Origin: a virus
IMG/VR virus record: IMGVR_UViG_3300013132_000039
Coordinates: 1-64,000 of that record
DNA: 64,000 bases
Strand: one strand, 5' to 3'
Shown here piece by piece: positions 8,254-19,300 of this stretch. Made by a program: the position numbers and the translations under genes. The notes under the pieces were generated by a model, which searched no databases, was not told the origin of the DNA, and saw only the letters and a program-made list of their open reading frames with translations. Positions within the stretch are counted from its first letter, which is position 1; the number at the start of each line of letters is the position of its first letter.

Positions 8254-8258
8254 TTTTT

Positions 8259-8498
8259 ATGATATTGCGTGAACTATTTTACAGAGATCAATCACAGCCA
8301 ATTGGGTTTGGCGATCTCGCCTACAATCCTAGTCGTGATACAGACGTTATGAAGCGCAGTGATACTCGTAAAACTAGACTAACACTAAAACAAATTAACG
8401 AACTGCGCAAAGCCAGCGAACAACATATATTAGAGCAAGAAAAAGATTTAGAATTTATTGAATCAATGTATAAACCACCTCCTGCACCTGCGGCATAA
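8259..8498 (+). CDS. Conserved hypothetical head-region protein
   Basis: 79 aa ORF behind a late promoter; DTRKTRLTLKQINELRK. Confidence 0.7.
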   Translation: MILRELFYRDQSQPIGFGDLAYNPSRDTDVMKRSDTRKTRLTLKQINELRKASEQHILEQEKDLEFIESMYKPPPAPAA

Positions 8499-8518
8499 TT
8501 ATTCAAAAAGGACAATAT

Positions 8519-9097
8519 ATGCGTAGTTTTGTGCTAGGTAATGGAAAAAGCCGCCTTAATTTCGACTTCAATGAAATAAAAAGATTTGGTAAAATTTATG
8601 GCTGTAATGCTCTTTATAGAGAATTTGAGCCGGATTATCTTATCGCTGTAGATCCTAAAATGATCTTTGAAATAGAATCTAAAGGTTGGCAAAAAACACA
8701 TCAGGTGTGGACCAATCCAAATACAAAATATAAAAAATTTGAAGGATTTAATTATTTTAATCCTAGTCTCGGATGGAGTAGTGGACCGACCGCTTTAAAT
8801 TTTGCAGCCGGTCACGGTGCTAAAGAAATTTATATTTTTGGGTTTGATTATATCGGAATGCCAGACGGGCTTGTTAATAATATCTATGCAGATACAGAAA
8901 ATTATAAAAAATCACACGAGTCTGCAACTTATTATGGAAACTGGCGCAGACAAACTGAACAAACAATTAGAAACCATCCTAGCATAAAATTTTTTCGAGT
9001 TGTAGATAAAAATAATTTTTTTGATCCGGGCTTTGAATTAAAAAATTTTAAACATCTTAACATAGAAGATTTCAATCAATTAATAAAAACCTGGTAA
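8519..9097 (+). CDS. Sialyltransferase/Maf-like glycosyltransferase fold protein (GT42/GT29/MptE-like)
   Basis: FVLGNGKS, IYGCNALY, PDYLIAVD, SSGPTA and GAKEIYIFGFD parallel the CstII-type motifs GNGPS, CN, TSG and GYKEIYLSGID. Confidence 0.6.
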   Translation: MRSFVLGNGKSRLNFDFNEIKRFGKIYGCNALYREFEPDYLIAVDPKMIFEIESKGWQKTHQVWTNPNTKYKKFEGFNYFNPSLGWSSGPTALNFAAGHGAKEIYIFGFDYIGMPDGLVNNIYADTENYKKSHESATYYGNWRRQTEQTIRNHPSIKFFRVVDKNNFFDPGFELKNFKHLNIEDFNQLIKTW

Positions 9098-9175
9098 AAA
9101 TATACCATTTAGCACGGTTTATTGTAATCTTTTGTAAATAATAATGACAGCCTTGCAACCTATAGGAGATAAAAC

Positions 9176-10123
9176 ATGACTGATCGAAACAAATTCGAGC
9201 AGATGCTCGAACATCTTATTAATGATGAAAGTGACAAAGCCAAAGAGCTTTTCCATCAAATCGTAGTAGCTAAATCTCGTGAAATCTACGAAACAATTCT
9301 AGCTGAAGATTTTAATGAAGCTAAAGATGAAGACGAAGATGATGAGCAACAAGACGAGTCTAAAGATGACGACGAAGATAACGTTGATGAAGCTAAAGAC
9401 GAAGATGACGACGAAGAAATGGACGAGAGTTTTGGCTTTGCAGAAGGAGAGGACGAAGAAGCTGGCGATGATGTAGGCGGTGATGCCGGCGATGACATGA
9501 TTGGTGATCTTGAAGCCGATGATGATATGGGCGGTGAAGAAGATGATCTGGGTGGCGAAGGCGACCTAGAAGATCGTGTAGTTGACCTTGAAGATGCACT
9601 TGATGAATTAAAATCAGAATTTGAAGCTCTAATGTCCGGTGAAGAAGGCATGGATGATATGGGCGGTGAAGACGACATGGACATGGGCGGTGAAGACGAC
9701 ATGGGCATGGATATGGATTCTGAGGAAGATGATCTTAGTTTCGAAACAGACAACTTTATGCGTGAATACGTAGAGAAAGTAGGCGGCAAAGATTATACAA
9801 GTTATGGCAAAATGGGCGACAATGGTGCTAACACAAAAAGTATCGTAGCTGGTAAAAACGATATGGGTGGCACAGTTGCTAACCTTAAGGGTGGCACAGA
9901 AAGTGGTCCAGTAGAAGCCAACAAAGGACACCTAAAAGGAAGTAGTGTTTTCAAAGGAAATCCAAAAGAGGACAATATGGGAAACATTAATGTTCCAGGT
10001 GGAAATGCTGGAAAGACAGCATTTAAACATAAAGAGCCAACATATCCAAATGGCTTAGGAAAAGAGCAGGCTGACAAAAGCGCCGGTAGTTTAATGAACG
10101 GTGCTCCTAAGCGTGCCAAGTAA
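9176..10123 (+). CDS. Highly acidic prohead core/scaffold-like protein
   Basis: 315 aa with a long D/E/G/M low-complexity region, SD GGAG and late promoter core at 9135-9140. Lies between portal and protease, like T4 gp67/68. Confidence 0.6.
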   Translation: MTDRNKFEQMLEHLINDESDKAKELFHQIVVAKSREIYETILAEDFNEAKDEDEDDEQQDESKDDDEDNVDEAKDEDDDEEMDESFGFAEGEDEEAGDDVGGDAGDDMIGDLEADDDMGGEEDDLGGEGDLEDRVVDLEDALDELKSEFEALMSGEEGMDDMGGEDDMDMGGEDDMGMDMDSEEDDLSFETDNFMREYVEKVGGKDYTSYGKMGDNGANTKSIVAGKNDMGGTVANLKGGTESGPVEANKGHLKGSSVFKGNPKEDNMGNINVPGGNAGKTAFKHKEPTYPNGLGKEQADKSAGSLMNGAPKRAK

Positions 10124-10133
10124 GGTAGAATAG

Positions 10134-10763
10134 ATGAACTATCTTCGTGAAAACCTGAGTTTCGACCAAGCTAAAATGGTCGTTGAGTCCGACGGTACTG
10201 ACAATGGAAAATCCTTGTATATGACAGGGATTTTCATTCAAGGTGACAAAAGGAATCAGAATCAGCGTGTTTATCCTGCGAAAGAAATCGCCAGGGCTGT
10301 CAAAACCCTGAACGATCAAATTGAAGGTGGATATTCAGTTCTTGGCGAAGTAGATCATCCAGATGACCTAAGAATTAACCTTGACCGCGTGTGCCATATG
10401 GTCACAAAAATGTGGATGGAAGGCGCAGACGGTTATGGAAAATTAAAAATCCTACCAACACCAATGGGCAACCTAGTGAAAACTATGTTAGAAAGCAGTG
10501 TGAAGTTAGGAGTAAGCAGTCGCGGATCCGGGAACGTTCGAGAGGACGGTTCCGGTGAAGTATCAGATTTCGAGATTATCACAATAGATGTGGTAGCTCA
10601 ACCAAGTGCTCCTGGAGCGTACCCTACACCAATATACGAACACCTTATGAATACTCGTAATGGTTATCGTAGCTTGCGTATAGCGCAAGAGGTCAAAGAC
10701 GATCCTAAGGCACAAAAATATCTCAAAGAGAGCCTATTATCAATAATAGGCAAGCTCCGATAA
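10134..10763 (+). CDS. gp21: Prohead core protease
   Basis: GIFIQGDKRNQNQRVYP, LGEVDHP (catalytic His), GVSSRGSG (catalytic Ser) and DVVAQPSAPGA. Confidence 0.96.
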   Translation: MNYLRENLSFDQAKMVVESDGTDNGKSLYMTGIFIQGDKRNQNQRVYPAKEIARAVKTLNDQIEGGYSVLGEVDHPDDLRINLDRVCHMVTKMWMEGADGYGKLKILPTPMGNLVKTMLESSVKLGVSSRGSGNVREDGSGEVSDFEIITIDVVAQPSAPGAYPTPIYEHLMNTRNGYRSLRIAQEVKDDPKAQKYLKESLLSIIGKLR

Positions 10764-10778
10764 AAATAGGAGAATCAC

Positions 10779-11870
10779 ATGTTGGATGCACTAAAACAAC
10801 TATTTGAGAATAATGTGATTTCTGAAGAGGTAAAAGCTGACATTGAGAAAGCTTGGGATACTCGTATTACCGAGGCCCGTACACAGCTAACTCAAGAACT
10901 ACGTGAAGAATTTGCACAACGCTACGAGCATGACAAACAGGTTATGGTAGAAGCGATTGATCGTATGCTCGGCGACCAGCTGAGAGATGAGATCAAGCAA
11001 TTTGTAGAAGATCGTGGTCAACTTGCTGAAGCTAAGGCAAGAGTTGTTGTTGAAGGTCGAAAGACTGCTAGACTAATGAAGGAATTCATTACAAGACAGC
11101 TTGCAGCTGAAGTTAAAGAGTTGCACGAAGATCAGGTACAGATGGCAGGCAAATTTAAAACTCTAGAAAAGTTTGTAGTAGAAGCTCTTGCACAAGAAAT
11201 AGCAGAATTTCATTTAGACAAGCAGGACTTAGCAAAAACTAAGGTAAAACTTGTTCGTGAAGGACGCGAAGCACTTGCTAAAATGAAAGAACAATTTGTA
11301 AAACGTGCAGCACAATTAGTAGAATCTACAGTTGAAAAAACCCTTACAAAGGAAATTGGTCAACTGAAAGAAGACATTGAAAGTGCTCGTCGTAATGACT
11401 TCGGTCGCAAATTGTTTGAAGCATTTTCAAGCGAATATCAGAACAGTTATCTTAACGAAAAATCAGAAACATCTCGTTTGCTCAAGGTCATAGACACAAA
11501 AGAATTAGAACTTGCCACTGCTAAAAACGCTGTAGCAGAAGCACGTCTGGTTATGGAAAGCAAAGTTAAAGAAGTAAAAATTCTTAAGGAAAGTCAAGAA
11601 CGTCAAGGTATTATGAATGAACTAATAGCTCCTCTTGCTCCACAGCAAAAGGCTATTATGAAGGAATTACTTGAAAGCGTACATACTACAAAACTACGTA
11701 ATAGTTTTGAAAAGTACTTGCCAAGCGTAATTGCTGGCGACGCTCCCCAGAAGAAAAAACAGGCACTAGTTGAGGCAAAAGAAGTTACAGGCAATAAAGA
11801 AACCAACAGCGTAAGTAGCAGCAAAGAAGACGCAAACATTGTTGACATACGTCGTCTTGCTGGAATTTAA
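10779..11870 (+). CDS. gp22: Prohead core scaffolding protein
   Basis: Coiled-coil protein between gp21 and gp23; GRKLFEAF motif. Confidence 0.85.
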   Translation: MLDALKQLFENNVISEEVKADIEKAWDTRITEARTQLTQELREEFAQRYEHDKQVMVEAIDRMLGDQLRDEIKQFVEDRGQLAEAKARVVVEGRKTARLMKEFITRQLAAEVKELHEDQVQMAGKFKTLEKFVVEALAQEIAEFHLDKQDLAKTKVKLVREGREALAKMKEQFVKRAAQLVESTVEKTLTKEIGQLKEDIESARRNDFGRKLFEAFSSEYQNSYLNEKSETSRLLKVIDTKELELATAKNAVAEARLVMESKVKEVKILKESQERQGIMNELIAPLAPQQKAIMKELLESVHTTKLRNSFEKYLPSVIAGDAPQKKKQALVEAKEVTGNKETNSVSSSKEDANIVDIRRLAGI

Positions 11871-11896
11871 GTTTAAGACAATTAGGAGATAATATA

Positions 11897-13066
11897 ATGT
11901 CAGAACTACTAACAGGCCGTTGGGCAGAGACTAAACAGGCTCTTTTAGAAGGCCTACAAGGCACTAAAAAAACAGTAATGGCAACTACACTCGAGAATAC
12001 TCGTAAGTATCTCGCAGAAAGTGCTAGTGCTGGTGCCACTTCTGCCGGCAACGTTGCAACATTAAATCGCGTGATCCTTCCAGTGATTCGTCGCGTTATG
12101 CCAACCGTTATTGCTAACGAGTTAGTTGGTGTACAACCAATGACTGGACCAGTTGGTCAAATCCATACACTACGTGTACGTTATGCTGATAGCTTTAACA
12201 GTACAAGTGGTACAGACGTAACAGCTGGTGAAGAGGCACTAAGCCCATTTAAGATTGCTGAAGGCTATTCTGGCGCTGCTAACGACAAAGCTGCTGTAAC
12301 TGCTGCTTTAGAAGGTGAAGCTGGTCGCAGAATGAGCATTCAAATCTTAAAGCAAACAGTTGAAGCGAAAACTCGTAAGTTAAGCGCTCGCTGGACATTT
12401 GAAGCTGCTCAAGATATGCAAGCTCAACACGGTATTGATGTTGAAGCTGAAATCATGGCTGCTCTAGCACAAGAAATTACTGCTGAAATCGATCGCGAAA
12501 TTCTAGCAAGTCTTAAGACACTAGCTGGTTCACAGAACCAGATCGCTTTTGATCAGGCTGCTGTAAGCGGTACAGCTACATTCGTTGGTGACGAGCACGC
12601 TGCTCTTGCAGTTGCTATCAACCGCGTAAGTAACACAATCGCTCAGCGTACACGTCGTGGCGCTGGTAACTGGGCTGTTGTAAGTCCTACAACATTAACA
12701 ATGTTGCAGAGTGCTACAACTAGTGCATTTGCTCGCACAACAGAAGGTACATTCGAAGCCCCAACAAACACCAAGTTTGCTGGTACACTTAACGGTGCAA
12801 TGAAAGTTTATGTTGATACATATGCTGCCAATGACACAGTGCTTGTTGGTTACAAAGGTTCAACAGAAAGTGATGCACCTGCATTCTACTGCCCATACAT
12901 TCCATTGATGAGCAGTGGTGTTGTTCTTGATCCTAGCACCTTTGAGCCAGTAGTTAGCTTTATGACACGTTATGGTTATGTTGAGCTAACAAATACTGCA
13001 AGCTCTCTAGGTAATGCTGCGGATTATCTTGGAACAGTAACAGTATCTAATCCAACATTCTTCTAA
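11897..13066 (+). CDS. gp23: Major capsid protein
   Basis: RRVMPTVIANELVGVQPMTGPVGQI, KTRKLSARWTFEAAQD, RRGAGNW, AFYCPYIPL and FMTRYG. Confidence 0.98.
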   Translation: MSELLTGRWAETKQALLEGLQGTKKTVMATTLENTRKYLAESASAGATSAGNVATLNRVILPVIRRVMPTVIANELVGVQPMTGPVGQIHTLRVRYADSFNSTSGTDVTAGEEALSPFKIAEGYSGAANDKAAVTAALEGEAGRRMSIQILKQTVEAKTRKLSARWTFEAAQDMQAQHGIDVEAEIMAALAQEITAEIDREILASLKTLAGSQNQIAFDQAAVSGTATFVGDEHAALAVAINRVSNTIAQRTRRGAGNWAVVSPTTLTMLQSATTSAFARTTEGTFEAPTNTKFAGTLNGAMKVYVDTYAANDTVLVGYKGSTESDAPAFYCPYIPLMSSGVVLDPSTFEPVVSFMTRYGYVELTNTASSLGNAADYLGTVTVSNPTFF

Positions 13067-13094
13067 TCAACAAAGAAGAAATAGTTTGATTACT

Positions 13095-13124
13095 AAGGGC
13101 GCCAAGTGCGCCCTTTGTTATTTC
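13095..13124 (+). terminator. Rho-independent terminator after gp23
   Basis: AAGGGCGC-caagt-GCGCCCTT stem followed by a T-rich tail. Confidence 0.8.
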
Positions 13125-13125
13125 T

Positions 13126-13193
13126 TATAAATACATTGTCGATATGACTTATGCTTGCCAAGCATAGACCTAGAACGTCAAGGAGAAAATAAA
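13126..13193 (+). promoter_or_regulatory. Late promoter TATAAATA plus a structured 5' leader abutting the SD
   Basis: TATAAATA at 13126-13133; stems 13145-13148/13177-13180 and 13149-13156/13160-13167; AGGAG at 13181-13185. Confidence 0.6.
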
Positions 13194-13556
13194 ATGGCAA
13201 ATAAAATAAGCAAAAAATATTTCGGTCCTACAGGTAACGCCTCTACTCCCCACTTACCAATCAGATTTAAAACAGGTGGATCTGTTTATGAAGGTTATAT
13301 TTTAAAACAAAAAGGTGCCCGTAGATTCAAATGTAGCAGTGATAACGGTGCTACCACAGCAATTTGTAGTCTTACTGATGCAGTAGTTCCAGCAAATAAC
13401 GGAGATGCTAGTCTAGTAGGAGTGGCAGCAGGAGGAACTTCTGTGCCTTTAAGAAAACTAGGCGGACGTAAAGCTCATGCATTTAATGGTAATAACTATA
13501 AATGGGTATTACAAGACGATTCAACAGAGACCTTAATAGTATTAACACAAATCTAA
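13194..13556 (+). CDS. Virion structural protein (hypothetical)
   Basis: Start moved to ATG 13194 behind AGGAG. First gene of the late structural cluster. Confidence 0.7.
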   Translation: MANKISKKYFGPTGNASTPHLPIRFKTGGSVYEGYILKQKGARRFKCSSDNGATTAICSLTDAVVPANNGDASLVGVAAGGTSVPLRKLGGRKAHAFNGNNYKWVLQDDSTETLIVLTQI

Positions 13557-13557
13557 A

Positions 13558-14655
13558 ATGACCGTAAAAGTATTAAATGTAAGTGACGGCAACTATAAAG
13601 TAGTTGTAAAGCAATCTGGTGATATTGATTTAGATACTAGAGGTCCTACGTCTGTTGGGTTAGGTAAAGTTAACATATACGGTGACCTTTGGATCTATGG
13701 TAGCCAAACACAGGTAGAATCTACGCAGCTTTATGTTAGTGATCAAAAAATCACTATAGCAGATGGTAATAGCAATAGCACTCTACCAGGCGACGGCAAC
13801 GGCGGGTTTGATATTATACGTGGAAATGGAAATGCTAGCTTTTATTTTAATGAAAACATTAATCATCGTAACAGCGCCTATGCACTAATAAATGGTTCAT
13901 TTGAACTATTAATAGGCGGGAATAGAGCTGGACTTTATGTTAGTAGTATTCAAGTTGCTAATAACGATAACTTATATTTGATAAATCAAGGTACTGGTGT
14001 AGTAACTGTTCGAGGAACAAATAATTACGAAGAAAATATTTTAGACTACCCTGTCGGACATACAGCAGGCGGTCAATATGCTCCTGCTACAGGACAAATT
14101 ATTTTATATAACAATGATACAGCTAAGGATGCATTAGTTAATACACAAGGTTTGGCAGACTATGTAACATCTGCATTATACTATGCAAACTTTACTCATA
14201 TTACAAATGATGACACTGAAGTTAGAGTATTTGATGCTAGTAGCACTGATCCTTTAAGCCAAAACAATCCTAGCTATATTAACTTTAAAGTTGATGGGAC
14301 TCAGAGGGCTAAAATTGATTCTAATAATCTTAGCATTCCTGTAAGTACCGATTTTCTTCAAATTTCTAGTAGCGGAGCAAATGCTACTATTAGCGTAACT
14401 GGAGTAGCTAATCGAAATATTGAACTTGATCCTAGTGGAACTGGAAAAGTAAAAGTAAGTTCTGATTTAGAAACTACTGGAGTTTTACAACTAGATAATC
14501 AGGTTTCTACTCCTAGTACCAACAGTAATTATAATGTCCTTTATAGCAAATCTACACTAGGTATGGGCAAAACTGGTCTATACTTTGCTAACCCTACAGC
14601 AGGTGATGAGTTAGTAAGTAGACGTAGAGCCTTGGGATTTAGCATGATATTTTAA
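13558..14655 (+). CDS. Virion structural/fibre-like protein
   Basis: 365 aa, rich in N/T/G/S with beta-structure character; GDLWIYGSQTQVEST fibre-type motif. Confidence 0.65.
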   Translation: MTVKVLNVSDGNYKVVVKQSGDIDLDTRGPTSVGLGKVNIYGDLWIYGSQTQVESTQLYVSDQKITIADGNSNSTLPGDGNGGFDIIRGNGNASFYFNENINHRNSAYALINGSFELLIGGNRAGLYVSSIQVANNDNLYLINQGTGVVTVRGTNNYEENILDYPVGHTAGGQYAPATGQIILYNNDTAKDALVNTQGLADYVTSALYYANFTHITNDDTEVRVFDASSTDPLSQNNPSYINFKVDGTQRAKIDSNNLSIPVSTDFLQISSSGANATISVTGVANRNIELDPSGTGKVKVSSDLETTGVLQLDNQVSTPSTNSNYNVLYSKSTLGMGKTGLYFANPTAGDELVSRRRALGFSMIF

Positions 14656-14665
14656 GGACAAGAAA

Positions 14666-14992
14666 ATGGCAATTCGTAACGCAGCATTATTAACAGGAGG
14701 AACCACAATATTCACTTGTCCAGGTACACTTGTAACCGATGTACAAGAACACGCAGTTACCTGTTTAATATTTTGTAATGTTGATTCTAATGATGCTAAT
14801 TTAGATTTATCTGCATACAGTCAAGATACTGGAAATACAATGAAATTAGTTAATAGTTTAACCGTTCCAGCAGGCGAGACATTTACGTTTGATACAGAAA
14901 AGTTAGTATTAACTACAGGTGATTATTTAATAGCAACACCGTCTGCTAATAATAGACTAGTTGTAACAGTAAGTTCTATGCGAGTAGGTTAA
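14666..14992 (+). CDS. Small virion protein (family shared with 15593 and 29497)
   Basis: 108 aa; CN...VPAGETFTFDTEKLVL. Confidence 0.65.
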   Translation: MAIRNAALLTGGTTIFTCPGTLVTDVQEHAVTCLIFCNVDSNDANLDLSAYSQDTGNTMKLVNSLTVPAGETFTFDTEKLVLTTGDYLIATPSANNRLVVTVSSMRVG

Positions 14993-15534
14993 TGAAGTTT
15001 CTGAAAAAGAGTCAGCTTAATTTTAGAAATGTTAAAGATCAAAGTGTTAGTGTAGAAACTGATGGTCGAGTTACTATGGATGGTAAAATTAGTTTGCTTA
15101 TTCCTAAAGGGCAAACTGCCGACCGTCCAGTAACTTCTATAGAAGGAATGATACGTTATAACTCAGACTCAAATGAACTAGAAGCATATCAAGGAAATAG
15201 CTCTACAGGTAACGCAATTTGGCGTACGATAAAGTTTAAAGAACCGAGCACGCTATCATTCCAATCTTTTGTTTCTCATTCTGGTGGTGATATGTTTGGA
15301 CCTTTAAGCATAAACCCTTTTGACTTTAAAAAAGAAGGCTCTTCTTTGTCACTAACTGCTAGTGAAATCGCAGAAAGACTTTTAGTTATAGTTGAAAATG
15401 TCATACAGGTGGCCAATGTAAATTATGAAATATTGCAAGATCCTATAGGTTATGCAGCAGGTGCTTGGATACATTTTGGTAGTAGTGTTCCAACTACTAA
15501 AAACATTTACATAATAAACGGCCTAGACCGTTAA
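14992..15534 (+). CDS. Virion structural protein
   Basis: LIPKGQTADRP...GMIRYNSDSNELEAY is a common phage fibre motif. Confidence 0.65.
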   Translation: MKFLKKSQLNFRNVKDQSVSVETDGRVTMDGKISLLIPKGQTADRPVTSIEGMIRYNSDSNELEAYQGNSSTGNAIWRTIKFKEPSTLSFQSFVSHSGGDMFGPLSINPFDFKKEGSSLSLTASEIAERLLVIVENVIQVANVNYEILQDPIGYAAGAWIHFGSSVPTTKNIYIINGLDR

Positions 15535-15592
15535 CTAAAAAGCTATTATTTTATTTTTAATAAATACAAGACAAGCTTTTTTTGGATGAAAT

Positions 15593-15922
15593 ATGGCAAC
15601 CTTTTTTAGAACCAAAGTTGTTAAAGGCGTAGGCCTTACACCAGTCGACGTTGTGAACACGATTTCAAACAACAGATTTACAATTTTAGGTTGTAATGCA
15701 GCCAATGTCACAGATGATAATGTAATTGTAGATGTTAAAGTTGTTGATGCAAGCAGTACAGAGGCTTATTGGGTGAAGGGCATTGTTATACCTCCTTACA
15801 ATTCATTAAAAATAGTAACTAATGGTGAAAAACTTATACTAGCAGAAAATTGTGCTCTTAGACTAGTAAGTGATCAACCAGGCAGCGTAGATGTAGTAGT
15901 AAGCTATGCTGAAATTGTTTAA
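15593..15922 (+). CDS. Small virion protein
   Basis: 109 aa; IPPYNSLKIVTNGEKLIL; late promoter core at 15561-15566. Confidence 0.65.
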   Translation: MATFFRTKVVKGVGLTPVDVVNTISNNRFTILGCNAANVTDDNVIVDVKVVDASSTEAYWVKGIVIPPYNSLKIVTNGEKLILAENCALRLVSDQPGSVDVVVSYAEIV

Positions 15923-15932
15923 AGGATAAACG

Positions 15933-16295
15933 ATGGCACAGAATAATTACTTATTTGGACTTGATGAAACTACATTACTAGGCGATGCGCCAAAATATTT
16001 TTATGGGCTAAGACGAACAAAAGAAGGTGATTTATATTTTGGAAAGTATAATACATTACAACCAGACGAACTTATTGTAGTAAACAATAACGGTCCAGCG
16101 GAAGAAGATTACAGCGAATTCGAATATGGTGTTGACTATGTTGATAACATAGATGAGAATCATAATATTGTATATGACAACTTGTATTTTAGTCAATATC
16201 GTTGGGACACAAGGTCTATGTATTATTACATAGACGAAAATGGTAGTTTTATTGCTAGAATTGCGCAAAAATATACCTACGAAGAAGAATTATAA
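15933..16295 (+). CDS. Hypothetical virion protein
   Basis: 120 aa, acidic and Tyr-rich, with SD AAGGA. Confidence 0.65.
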   Translation: MAQNNYLFGLDETTLLGDAPKYFYGLRRTKEGDLYFGKYNTLQPDELIVVNNNGPAEEDYSEFEYGVDYVDNIDENHNIVYDNLYFSQYRWDTRSMYYYIDENGSFIARIAQKYTYEEEL

Positions 16296-16321
16296 ATATT
16301 GAATAAGTACAGGAAAACATA

Positions 16322-19300
16322 ATGGCTGAGTTTAAAATTAGTAGATTGCGCTTTAGATGGCGCGGAATATGGAATTCTAACACAGAGTACTTTTTAGATG
16401 ACATAGTATTCTATGGCGGTGGAAGTTGGACCTGTGTAAGAAGACACGTTTCTACTAATTTTTATGACGGACAAACTTTTCTAGCTGATTCCGCAGATAC
16501 CAGTCCAACACCTGCATTTGAAAGAATGACAGATGGTTTTACTTTTCTTGGAGATTGGCAAAGTTATCAAGATTATACAGCAGGATCTATTATTAATGCA
16601 GGAGGAACTCTGTATGTTTGCTTAACGGATCATGCAGGGACTCAATATTTTAATCAGTCAGAATCTAATTGGACTATATTTGCTATAGGAATAAGATTTA
16701 AAGGCGATTGGCAGATCAATACTAGGTACCAAAAAGGCGATGTTGTTCTTTACAATAGTAATCAGTACCGTTGTATATTAGAGCATACTAGTCCGTCAAT
16801 AGCACAAGGTATTATTGCTGGAAATAATGATGGCAATGATGATAGTACAGGAGAGACCTGGACTTTATTTTTAGAAAATTTTACTTATGCTGGTTCTCAT
16901 ACACCTATTACAAGGTATAGGCTTAATGATCTTGTAAAATACGGTGGAAGTATCTGGAGATGTACTAACGAACATACAAGTAGTTCAATTGTTAATCAAT
17001 TTGATTCTACAAAATTTACTTTGTATCTTTATGGAAATAACTTTCGAGGAGACTATGACCAAACTGCTTATTACGGTGTAGGAGATGTTGTTCGTTATAG
17101 TAGCTATCTTTATGTAGCTACTATTAATGTGTCTCCATTAGATCATAGTATTCCAGGAGTAAGTAGTTTGTTTCCTGATGGAAATCCAACCTGGCAAGTA
17201 CAATTACAAGGGTATAATTTTAAAGGTGATTTTAGCACATCCGGTACTTACAAAAAAGGTGATGTAGTTCTTAGGGGAGCAAACTTATTTGTAAGTTTAA
17301 CAGATACTAATCAGGATGGTAGCTCAATAGATTATTTAGATAATTCTAATTGGACTTTGCTTGTACCTAGCTCAACATTTAGAGGATCTTGGGACTATCC
17401 AGTTTCTTATGATTTAAATGACCTTGTAGTATATTTAGGAACTACTTATAAATCAAACATAGCTCATATAAGTGCTATTAACAGCTTCCCAGGTGACAAC
17501 GGTAGTGGATATAACTATTGGGATGTGTTTGTTCAAGGTGATGTTTATGCAGGATTAAAGAAGCCTGGAGACCTTTTAACCTATAATTTAAGCAGAGATG
17601 ATGTAGGAAACGATGGCAGCACAATTATAGGAGATTTAAGCTCTTATGGTCCTGCTAGGGTGAAGATTGGAGAACAAGATCAACTTTTAGTTATTGAAAA
17701 TGACGATGGTGATATTGGTTATAAAACCTGGGGGAACATTAATAGAGTATTTCATGTAAGAACTAATGGTGTTGATGATGATACAGATCCTAATAGAGGT
17801 ATAAATTATTTTAAACCTTTTAGAACAATTAGATATGCCTGCGAAAAAGCAGATGATGGCTGGACTGGAACCACTACAATTAAAGTTTCTACCGGAGATT
17901 ACTACGAAATTTTACCTATAATTATTCCTGCAAGAACTGCTGTTGTAGGTGAAGAATTAAGGTCAGCAAGAATTTTAGCTAATGAACCTATAGCTGCATT
18001 AGCCAATGATTATAGTTATACTATTGCTTGCCTGAATAGATTAGAATTTATTATGTCTGACTTACTTACTGGTACAACAATAATTAAATCTGTTGGCAAT
18101 ACAGTAAGTCAAAATGTATCAAATACTGGTGCATTAACTGTTAACATTAATAAAGTACTAAGTTTAATAACAGATGTTAAAACTTATATTAATTATAAAG
18201 TAGGCAATGTCGGATCTACTGTTGCTGTTTATGGAACTAACACTGCTACAACTTCAGTATCTGCCTTATCGGCTGCTGCTGCTCTTAGTGCAAATAAAGA
18301 CTTTTTAATTGCAGAAATAAATGCATTTATGACATCTTCTTATCCTAGCTATGTATTTGATCAAGACAGATGTGGAAGAGACACAAAACGTTATATTGAA
18401 GCTTTTATCTATGATGTTACCTATCCTGGTAATTATAAATCAGTCTTAGCTGCTAGGTATTATTCTAATGCAGTAAAAGGTTCTTATCTTGAAGATATGT
18501 TCTATGTAAGAGATGCCACTGGTATTAGAAACATGACTATGCTCGGATTAGAAGGCACCTTGCAAGCTAATATTGGTTTAGAACCTTATCAAAGACCAAG
18601 TGGCGGAAGTTATGTGAGTTTAGACCCAGGATGGGGACCGGATGATAACAGAACCTGGATTTTAACAAGAAGTTGTTATGTACAAAATTGTACTACATTT
18701 GGATATGCAGCTACAGGACAAAAAATTGATGGCGCCATACATAACGGCGGCAATAAATCTATTGTGAGCAATGACTTTACCCAGGTCATTAGTGATGGTG
18801 TAGGCTGTCATGTTCTGAATGGTGGAAGAGCAGAATTAGTTTCAGTGTTTACCTATTATTCGCAAATAGGAATGTTTTCAGAGGATGGAGGCATAATAAG
18901 AGCAACTAACGGAAACAGTTCTTATGGAAAATTTGGCGCGATTGCCGATGGAGGTGATCCGTTAGAAGTACCCCAGATTGGTAAGGTTAACACGCAAACT
19001 GAACAAGCTATTATTGCGTCAGCGTTTGCAGGTGAAGTAAATGATTATATTTTTATTTTAGAATTTCAAAATGCTGGACAAGAATATACAACTGCAAATT
19101 ATACATTTACTAGCTCAGGTACAGGAGCTACCGTTTTACAAGAAGAATTTAGAGATAACGGAGTCTTTGAAGCTCAGGTGCTGACCTCTGGAGCAGGACA
19201 CATAATACGAGGTAATAACGCCCAAATTGGAACGACAACTTCAATTACTCTGGCTAGTAACGATCCAAGTACAGAAGCAGAAATATTAGGATGTAGAATT

